Source: Octopus sinensis
Lineage: Eukaryota
DNA: 9,969 nucleotides
Assembly: GCF_006345805.1 (NCBI RefSeq)
Contig: NW_021827655.1
Coordinates: forward strand, 1 to 9,969
Reading direction: 5' to 3'
Below are positions 1 through 8,068 of this stretch, piece after piece. Made by a program: the position numbers and the translations under genes. The notes under the pieces are model-generated. The model did no database searches, was not told where the DNA came from, and worked only from the letters and a program-made list of their open reading frames with translations. The stretch's first letter is position 1; each line of letters begins with the position of its first letter.

Positions 1-7
1 TATATTA

Positions 8-236
8 TTTTACTTGTTTCGGTCATTAGACTGCGGCCATGCTAGGGCACCACCTTGAATTTTTAATCGAATGCATCGATTCCAGTACATATTGCTTTTT
101 ATGCCTTCTACTTGTTACATCAAACTCTTGCCGAACCGCTAAGTTACGGGGATGTAAGCACACCAACACGGTTTTCGAGCAACGGTGGCAACAAACACAG
201 ACATAAAAACATACACACACATATACATGTATACGA
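8..236 (-). mobile_element. SINE family 1, 3' half (5'-truncated)
   Basis: Colinear with 3685-3955 and with the reverse complement of 2340-2800. Shared blocks: TTTTACTTGTTTC.GTCATT.GACTGCGGCCATGCT and TTGCCGAACCGCTAAGTTACGGGGA.GTAA. Similarity stops at ATACGA, before the tRNA-like head. Confidence 0.85.
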
Positions 237-506
237 ATATAGTATTTTGCAGCAGAAATGTTGCAAAAGTGACTCAAAAGCTGAGAGTTTCGTGCAGATG
301 GAACCCTCGTAATTTCTTTTACTGATTAAGAACTGTTAAAACTCTTTGCATTGATCTTTGTTGCTCCTGTTCATTACACACAGGGGCCATTAGGTGAGAT
401 TGAGTCGAGTGAGAGTGTGGGTGAGTGGGGTGAGACATTAGGCGAGTGGAGGTTAGAATGAGATGAAAGTGTTGGCAGACTACTGAGGTGAGCGTGGGTG
501 AGATTG

Positions 507-921
507 ACGTGAGTGAAAGAGATGAGATGAGTGAAGGGGAGATATTGAGGTGAGTGAAGGGGAGATATTGAGGTGAGTGAAGGGGAGAGATTGAGATGAG
601 TGAAGGGGAGAGATTGAGGGAGTGAAGGGGAGAGATTGAAGTGAGTGAAGGGGGGATTGAGGTGAGTGAAGGGGAGAGATTAAGGTGAGTGAAGGGGAGA
701 GATTGAAGTGAGTGAAGGGGGGGAGATTGAGGTGAGTGAAGGGGAGAGATTGAGGTGAGTGAAGGGGAGAGATTGAAGTGAGTGAGGGGGGGGGATTGAG
801 GTGAGTGAAGGAGAGATTGAGGTGAGTGAAGGGAGAGATTTAAGTGAGTGAAGGGGAGAGATTGAGGTGAGTGAAGGGAGAGATTTAAGTGAGTGAAGGG
901 GAGAGATTGAGGTGAGTGAAG
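507..921. repeat. 23-bp minisatellite, consensus GGGGAGAGATTGAGGTGAGTGAA, ~18-19 units
   Basis: GAGTGA(A/G) anchors at 511, 529, 552, 575, 598, 620, 643, 664, 687, 710, 734, 757, 780, 803, 824, 846, 869, 891 and 914. Spacing is mostly 21-24 bp. Confidence 0.95.
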
Positions 922-1032
922 TGGTGACATTAGACGAGTGAGGGAAAAATAATGACAGATAAGAGAGCGGAAGGATGAAAGAGTGAGGTCTGTGAGTGTG
1001 AGGGGAGATTAGAAGATATCTGAACAGAAAAG

Positions 1033-1052
1033 TAGAGAGAGAGAGACAGATA

Positions 1053-1098
<46 letters not shown>

Positions 1099-1131
1099 TA
1101 GACAGACAGATAGATAGATAAAGATAGATAA

Positions 1132-1200
<69 letters not shown>
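1033..1200. repeat. Compound (GA)n/(GACA)n/(GATA)n microsatellite
   Basis: Direct reading. Near-pure GATA run at about 1132-1200. Confidence 0.95.
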
Positions 1201-1211
<11 letters not shown>

Positions 1212-1293
1212 TGTGAGAGAGAGAGACAAAGAGAATGAGAAAGAGAGACAGACTGAAAGAGACAGAGAGAGAAATATAAGAGAGAGAAAGATG

Positions 1294-1404
1294 AGGGAGA
1301 GTGAGAGAAAGGAGAGAAGGCACAGAGAGAAAGAGAGGCAGAGAGAGAGAGTGAGAGAGAAGGGAGAGTGAGAGAAAAGGGAGAAGGCACAGAGAGAAAG
1401 AGAG
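1294..1404. repeat. Imperfect ~44-bp direct duplication with a 67-bp period
   Basis: AGGGAGAGTGAGAGAAA(G/A)G(A/G)GAGAAGGCACAGAGAGAAAGAGAG-type block at 1294-1337 and 1361-1404. Confidence 0.8.
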
Positions 1405-1424
1405 ATAAATAGAGATGAAGAGAT

Positions 1425-1562
1425 AGAGAGAGAAGGGAGAAGAGAGAGAGAGAGAAGGGAGAAGAGAGAGAGAGAGAAGGGAGAAGAGAGAGAGAGAGAA
1501 GGGAGAAGAGAGAGAGAGAGAAGGGAGAAGAGAGAGAGAGAGAAGGGAGAAGAGAGAGAGAG
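1425..1562. repeat. Pure polypurine tract containing a 22-bp minisatellite AAGGGAGAAG(AG)6, six units
   Basis: No C or T from 1425 to 1562. AAGGGAGAAG starts at 1433, 1455, 1477, 1499, 1521 and 1543. Confidence 0.95.
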
Positions 1563-2168
1563 TGAATGAGTGAGTGAGTGAAAGCAACAGCGGAGGAGGG
1601 GAGTGGCGGATATGGAGTGTCTATTTGATAATCATAGTAAGTGTGGTGGTGGTGGAGTGAAATAGGCCGAAAGGGTTGTGGTACGAGAAGAAGAACGGGA
1701 AGGGAGAAGAGAGAGAGAGTGTGTGAAAGTAAGAGTGACATGTAATGTTGGTGGTGGAGGGGAGAAGTGAGGGGGTACAGAGAGAGTAGAATGAGAGGGT
1801 TAGACAAAAGTGGGAGAGGAAGACGAGAGTTAAGGATGGAGGTCGGAGAGTAAGAGATAGGAGACGAGGTGGAGAAAGAGAAAGAGAGAGAGGAGTTAGA
1901 AGGAAGGGGACGGTAAGAGAGAAGAAAGAAGGGTTTAATTGATAAGGAGCGTTCTCGTCCGTCTGTTTGATGTCGGGAATTAGAGAGAGAGGGAGAGAGA
2001 GAGAGAGAGAGGAGATTGCAGGAAGCGGCGAAAGTGCCGCAGAATTTGTGACGTAGGTGACACCAGTGGACGAACGGGGAAGAGAGTAGGAGTGGTGTGA
2101 GGGAGGGAGACTGAAGTGTTGGGAGTAGTGAGATTGAGAAATAAGAGGATGGAGAGGAAATGGGAGGG

Positions 2169-2541
2169 AGGTGCGGGCATAGCTGAGAGGTTAAGAAGCT
2201 CGCTTTGCGACCACGTCGTTTCAAGTTCAGTCCCACTCCGTGGCATCTTGGGTAAGTCTTCTAGTACTGGTCCACGCTAACCAATGCCTTGTCAGTGAAT
2301 TTGGTATACGGAAACTGTGTGGAAGCCCGTCGTATACATACATATACATATATATATATATAATATATATATTTATGTATGTATATGTTTGTGTGTCTGT
2401 GTTTGTCTTCCCCACCATCGCTTGACAACCGATGTTAGTGAGTTTACGTCCCCGTAACTTAGCGGTTCGACAAAAGAGACTGATACAATAAGTACTAGGT
2501 TTTCAAAGAATAAGTCCTGGGGTCAATTTGTTCGACTAAAA
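2169..2541 (+). mobile_element. SINE family 1, tRNA-derived head plus body
   Basis: A-box-like TAGCTGAGAGG at 2180-2190 and B-box-like AGTTCAGTCCC at 2224-2234. Then CTTGGGTAAGT, resembling the CCTTGGGCAAGT start of CORE-type SINE domains, and an internal TA/TG microsatellite. Reverse-complement similarity to 3685-4108. Confidence 0.9.
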
Positions 2542-2554
2542 GAATAAAAGAATA

Positions 2555-2800
2555 CACACACATATATGTGTATGTTTGTATATGCATGTGTGTGTGTAGG
2601 TGTATGTGTTTTGTCTGTGTCTGTGACAACCGGTGTTAGTTTGTATACATCCCCGTAACGTAGCAGTTTGGCAAAAGGAACTGACAGAAAAAAAGTAACA
2701 CACTGGGATCGATTTGTTCCATTTACACCCCGCTCCCACTCCTAAGGCGGTGCCACAGCATGGCCGCAGTCCAGTGACCGAATCAAATAAACGGAAAAAC
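2555..2800 (+). mobile_element. SINE family 1, second 3' half including the terminus
   Basis: TGACAACCGGTGTTAGT...CCCCGTAAC.TAGC.GTT.GGCAAAAG repeats 2423-2475. Ends GGCGGTGCCACAGCATGGCCGCAGTCCAGTGACCGAATCAAATAAA, the reverse complement of the 8-50 and 3685-3730 termini. Confidence 0.85.
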
Positions 2801-2970
2801 ATTTAAGATATCTGAATATTCAAAGTATTCAATGTTTATCAACGTAAATCTAATCGAAATTTGCAGCTTTTTGCCCATGCTTAAAAGTAAAAAATATATT
2901 TCGAACATCGCACACAGAATGTACAATATGTTGCGCTTACAATTTACGAATGGCGCCTGGGGGTAATTTT

Positions 2971-3653
2971 AGCGAACAATATATCAACCGAATAATGAAC
3001 AATATATCGACCAAATAACAAACAATATATCGTCCGAATAACGAACAATATATAGACCAAATAACGAACAATATATCGACCGAATAATGAACAGTATATA
3101 AGGTACAATATATCGACCAAATATATAAGGAACAATATATCGACCAAATAACGAACAATATATCGTCCGAATAACGAACAGTATATAAGGTACAATATAT
3201 CGACCAAATAACGAGACAATATATCGTCCAAATAACGAAAAATATGTAAGGAACAATATATAGACCAAATAACGAACAATATATCGACCGAATAATGAAC
3301 AGTATATAAGGTACAATATATCGACCAAATAACGAACAATATATAAGGAACAATATATCGACCAAATAACGAACAATATATCGTCCGAATAACGAACAGT
3401 ATATAAGGTACAATATATCGACCAAATAACGAACAATATATCGTCCAAATAACGAACGATATGTAAGGAACAATATATAGACCAAATAACGAACAATATA
3501 TCGACCGAATAACGAACAGTATATAAGGTACAATATATCGACCAAATAACGAACAATATATAAGGAACAATATATCGACCAAATAACGAACAATATATCG
3601 ACCGAATAACGAACAATATATCGACCGAATAACGAACAATATATCGACCGAAT
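2971..3653. repeat. Minisatellite of 23-bp units (ACGAACAATATATCGACCAAATA) and 14-bp short units (ACGAACAGTATATA) with a 217-bp higher-order repeat
   Basis: Parsed unit by unit. Higher-order copies start at 3087 (208 bp), 3295 (217 bp) and 3512 (partial). Confidence 0.95.
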
Positions 3654-3684
3654 GTTAGACTGGTACGTTATCTATGTTTTTGTC

Positions 3685-4108
3685 TTTTACTGGTATCAGA
3701 CATTTGACTGCGGCCATGCTGGGATACCGCATTGAAGAGTTTTAGTCCAATGAATCGATCCCATGGATTATTGATTTTAAAGCCTGGTACTTATTCTATC
3801 GGTATCTTTTGCCGAATCGTTAAGTTACGGGGACGTAAACAAACCAACAACCGTCGTCAAACAGTGGTGAGGTACAAACGCGTACACAGAGACACACACA
3901 TACAGATACACAAAGTAAACGCACACACAGACACACACATACACATATATACGACGGGCTTCTTTCAATATCTGTCCACCAAATCCACTCACAAGGCTTT
4001 GGTCCGCTCGAGACTATAGCAGAAGATACTTGCCTAAGGGACCTCGCAGTGGGACTGAACCCAGAACCATATGATTGGGAAGAAAGCTTCTTACCACCCA
4101 GCTACGCC
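3685..4108 (-). mobile_element. SINE family 1, near full-length
   Basis: On the minus strand: A-box TAGCTGGGTGG (4104-4094) and B-box GGTTCAGTCCC (4061-4051), then CCCTTAGGCAAGT, an internal (TG)n region and the family 3' end. Colinear with 2169-2800. Confidence 0.92.
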
Positions 4109-4185
4109 AACACACACATGCACATCCACAATAATATGCTCGCGCGTGTAGAACATGTGTGTGTGTATGTATATATATATAATCA

Positions 4186-4223
4186 AATGGTATTTAATAT
4201 AGCTATATATATATATATATATA

Positions 4224-4274
<51 letters not shown>

Positions 4275-4291
4275 CTATATTAAATACCATT
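4186..4291. repeat. 106-bp near-perfect palindrome: 18-bp unique arms around a 70-bp (TA)n core
   Basis: AATGGTATTTAATATAGC (4186-4203) and GCTATATTAAATACCATT (4274-4291) are exact reverse complements. The core has one substitution, C4225. Confidence 0.95.
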
Positions 4292-4579
4292 CGAATTAAT
4301 TCTTGATTTATTTAAATGATCTGGAGTGTCATAATAATCCAATCGCAGTCGAGGCCGGCGTCACATGAGAAGGGGAGATGATCTCAAAAATCAAATATCT
4401 TCAAAGTTGAGATGCCATTAAGGAAAAGGACCGGCTTATTGTCTGGAGATAGGAAATCAGCCATAGACACGTGTTTCTGCTTAGATAGCAGTCATCTGCA
4501 CAACCACTGACCGACCGTAGCTAAGGGACTGAAACTTGTACAAAACAACAGAGAAAACGGTTACAATAGGTCAATATCT

Positions 4580-4724
4580 AACTAGCATTTGTTTTATTGA
4601 TCTCAAAAATGTCAAAAGACAAAGTCGACCGTGGCGGGATTTGAACTCAGAACAAAGTGTAACGAAAAAAAAAAAAAGAGAAAAACGGTAAAACGGTTCC
4701 CTAGACACTTTAACGATTCTGTTA
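4580..4724 (-). mobile_element. SINE family 2, degenerate copy
   Basis: GACAAAGTCGACCGTGGCGGGATTTGAACTCAGAAC matches 8502-8537 and the 8650-8680 region. Minus-strand B-box AGTTCAAATCC at 4647-4637. TAACGATTCTG matches 8721-8731. Confidence 0.8.
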
Positions 4725-4933
4725 ATACAACAGCATCAGATCGGATGAATGTTTCTACCAACAATAGAGCGAGCAGTGCTGACTGGAGGTTGCAATCCTA
4801 CGTCACGTGACTCTATTGTCTGCTGTTAGACGAGAGCAGTTTGTAGACAGAGCAGATATGTTGGTTCAAGACTATTATTATATATAAACAAAGTCCTGAG
4901 GATAATTACTCGTGGTTTTTATGAATAGACTGG

Positions 4934-4988
4934 CATACACATAAGTATATATATATATAGTGTATATATAGATCTATATATATATAGA

Positions 4989-5027
<39 letters not shown>

Positions 5028-5261
5028 AGTATATATATACATAAGTATATATATTATATATCCCACTTTTATGTATATATTATATGTATATATACATATG
5101 TATATATATATATAGATACCTATATATACACACACACATATGTATAATATATAGATATGTATATATGCATATATAATATACATATGTATATACATATATA
5201 TACATACGTACATATAACATATATATATATATATATATATGTATATATTATATACATGCAT

Positions 5262-5294
<33 letters not shown>

Positions 5295-5302
5295 CATGCA
5301 TC

Positions 5303-5334
<32 letters not shown>

Positions 5335-5343
5335 TATACATAA

Positions 5344-5375
<32 letters not shown>

Positions 5376-5810
5376 GTATGTATATATATATATATACATA
5401 TATATATATGTATGTACGTATGTATATAATGTATATACATATGTATATTATATATGCATATATACATATCTATATATATATACATATGTGTGTGTGTATA
5501 TATATGTATATATATATACATAAGTGTGTATATATACATATGTATATATATATATATGTATATTTATATATGTATATATATATATACATATGTATATATA
5601 CATATATATATACATAAAAGTGTATATATATATACACACACATAAATGTGTATATACGTATGTGCGTGAGCGTGTGTATACACGTACATATATGCATATG
5701 CATCTATACACATACATTCATACATGCATACATACACATACACAAACACATACATACATACATACATACATACACACATACACAACACATATACATATAC
5801 ACATACAGAT
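4934..5810. repeat. ~880-bp degenerate (TA)n field grading into (TG/CA)n and (CATA)n
   Basis: Direct reading. Mostly alternating purine-pyrimidine sequence. Confidence 0.95.
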
Positions 5811-7015
5811 GTAAAAGCTACAAAGGCAGAAAGTTAGATGGAAAGGATATGTCTACATACATGTATATAAATGCACATACACACACATTCTATCTCATGC
5901 ACACACACACATGTATCTATGTAAGTAGGTCTGAATGCATGCATGTGTATATATATATGTGTGTATATACTAAATGCAAGTATGGTGAGTTTGCAGTTAA
6001 ATGTGGTTTCTGGCAATGGCAGTAACAAAGATTAACTGAATGACGAGATTATCAAAGAGTATTAAGTAAAACAGACAAATACAAGAAACAATAAGATGTT
6101 TGTTGCTGGATTAGGGTTTAATACTTAAGCGCCTTGACAGAGATAGGAATAACATTAAGCAGGTGGATAGCAGATAGAGACGCAGAAAGTCTGGTAGATG
6201 GATGGATCAATAGATGGATGGCTATATGTATACATGTATACATGCAAACATACATAAATGATGGCTGCAAACGTGTGCTCGAGTAATGCCATCGCCTGTT
6301 CGAAAGTCCCACAGATGCGAAGGCTACGACCAGCCATTTTTGTGGTTGGTCTTACTTTATTTCTTTCAAGCGATGCCTGTGCATGATAGTTTTTCTTAGT
6401 GGGGAAAGGATCTGCCCAAATACAATCCCACTCTCTGAACACGGACAGCATAAACTCGAAAAGAAGAACAAGTCTACATCAATGAATATCGTCAGTGTTG
6501 CAGGTTTTCTCTCACTCCCACTCTCAGTGGGCCAACCGCGCGCCCGGACATCAACCTACGTATTTCTCTATCCCCGCGCACACATACACACACATTGTCG
6601 GATGGCCGTTGACTGCTCATGAGCTCTTCTGCCCTTTGAAAGGTCTTATTTTTTGTCCTGCAGGGTGTCCAACAACCACCCTCATCACAAAGCAAACTTG
6701 ATGGGGTTGCCAGTTTAGTTGCCGACAACTCGACCATGCAACAGGTTGTACCTCCTAAGAGTGACCTGGCAGAACATACATAGATAGGTACATACATACA
6801 AGCATGCATGCACGCATAAATATCCGACTAACTCGCACATTACACGCACAATCTGTAAGCGGAACAGTAATACTATAGAAGATATTTCTCAAGTTTAAAA
6901 TGTGACATTGTTTTTGTTATCTACACTGTAACAATGGAGCTTTGTATCTTTGTTAGAAATCAGTTCCTTCCTCGATGGAAGAATTTAGATAATTAAAAAC
7001 GGAAGCGAGCATACG

Positions 7016-7047
7016 TACATACATACATACATAAATACATACATACA

Positions 7048-7079
<32 letters not shown>

Positions 7080-7144
7080 CACACATACAGACAGAAAAAC
7101 AGATAGATAATTCGATAGGTATTTATATTTTATTTGTTTCAGTC

Positions 7145-7175
<31 letters not shown>

Positions 7176-7192
7176 CAGACAGACAGATAGAT
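7016..7192. repeat. (ACAT)n tract, short SINE1-terminus remnant and (GA)/(GACA)/(GATA)n
   Basis: (ACAT)n at about 7016-7078. TTTTATTTGTTTCAGTCA at about 7127-7144 resembles the SINE1 end at 8-26. GA-type repeats at 7145-7192. Confidence 0.8.
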
Positions 7193-7377
7193 AGTTATGA
7201 GTATTAAGCATATTTAACTGACAAACATAATGTCAATGTTCAAATGAATATTTCGTTCAAACAGGAAAGTTTCGTGTGACCAAATACATTCATCAGCGAG
7301 ACGTAAAACCTAAAAGGATGGGAATGAAGACTCGCAGATATTTGAATGTGTAGTGTACATCGGCAGGTAGAATCCTG

Positions 7378-7479
7378 TAATCTATCTATCTATACATCTA
7401 TCCGTCCGTCCGTCCGTCCATCCATTCATCCATCCATCCATCCATCCATCCATCCATCCATCCATCCATCCATCCATCC

Positions 7480-7553
<74 letters not shown>

Positions 7554-7597
7554 TTTCTGTCTGTCTGTCTATCTATTTATGTATGTATGTATGTATG

Positions 7598-7630
<33 letters not shown>

Positions 7631-7683
7631 GTCTGTCTGTCTGTCTATCTATCTGTCTGTCTGTCTATCTGCCTGGCTGTCTG
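7378..7683. repeat. Compound tetranucleotide microsatellite (ATCT/GTCC/ATCC/ATCT/GTCT/ATGT)
   Basis: Direct reading. Confidence 0.95.
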
Positions 7684-7952
7684 TGTATACATAAATATCG
7701 AACAGTAAGAATGAATGCTCAACACCGCAATGGTGAATAAATATTCTTTTATTTATGAATTAACAATGCTACCCTTAACAATATCAAGTCTGCCACAATT
7801 CAACGTTGCCATGTGGGAAGCTTGATAATTGTTGAGAGATTCTTCTTTGCATGAAACCATTATATATATAAACAATTGCAGCGTGGAAGGTGTTTATAAG
7901 CCATTAAGAAACACACAAAAGCCGTTCGATTCACTTCAACATTTAAGTTTAA

Positions 7953-8000
7953 TTTGTCAAAATATTCGTCGCTAAAATCCGCGACCTGTTCACTGACAAA
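7953..8000 (-). ncRNA. Second, probably defective copy of the hammerhead-like motif
   Basis: Minus strand reads TTTGTCA-GTGAACA-G-GTCGC-GGATTTTA-GCGAC-GAA-TAT-TT-TGACAAA. Stem I is 7 bp, but two A residues of GAAAATAT are missing. Confidence 0.45.
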
Positions 8001-8022
8001 GTCCGTGCTGCATCTCGGACTC

Positions 8023-8068
8023 TGTCAGTGAACAGGTCGCGGATTTTAGCGACGAAAATATTTTGACA
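8023..8068 (+). ncRNA. Putative minimal type I hammerhead ribozyme, G3:C8 core variant
   Basis: Stem I TGTCA 8023-8027 pairs with TGACA 8064-8068. Core GTGAACA 8028-8034, then one extra G. Stem II GTCGC 8036-8040 pairs with GCGAC 8049-8053. GAAA 8054-8057. Stem III A-ATAT-T is palindromic. H17 = U8063. Confidence 0.6.

Noticed and set aside
2025-2040. GCGGC-GAAAGT-GCCGC hairpin
   Set aside because: A 5-bp stem with no surrounding ribozyme core or U-tract; expected by chance.
2161-2177. G-quadruplex motif (also 8578-8589 and about 8796-8807)
   Set aside because: Fewer than four closely spaced G3 tracts in each case.
319-2246. Long minus-strand ORFs (518, 203, 192, 99 and 88 aa)
   Set aside because: The minus strand is C/T-rich and A-poor, so stop codons are rare. 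The translations are S/L/P/Y low-complexity repeats from the minisatellite and microsatellites.
2937-3639. Three overlapping 210-231 aa ORFs in all minus frames
   Set aside because: The repeat unit lacks TTA, CTA and TCA on +, so all three frames stay open. This is a tandem-repeat artefact.
2971-3653. CRISPR-like appearance of regularly spaced 23-bp repeats (also 507-921)
   Set aside because: Units are contiguous with no unique spacers, no cas genes are present, and the context is eukaryotic.
4051-4108. tRNA genes at the A/B-box pairs (also 2180-2234 and 9415-9464)
   Set aside because: No complete cloverleaf is evident, and each continues into shared SINE body sequence, so these are SINE heads.
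4995-6028. Many Y/I/M/C/H-rich ORFs
   Set aside because: Translations of (TA)n, (TG)n and (CATA)n.
7270-7296. Canonical hammerhead core CTGATGA...GAAAC on the minus strand
   Set aside because: Stem II opens with an A-C mismatch, and I cannot build a stem III with a valid UH in type I or type III topology. About one CTGATGA is expected by chance in 20 kb of both strands.
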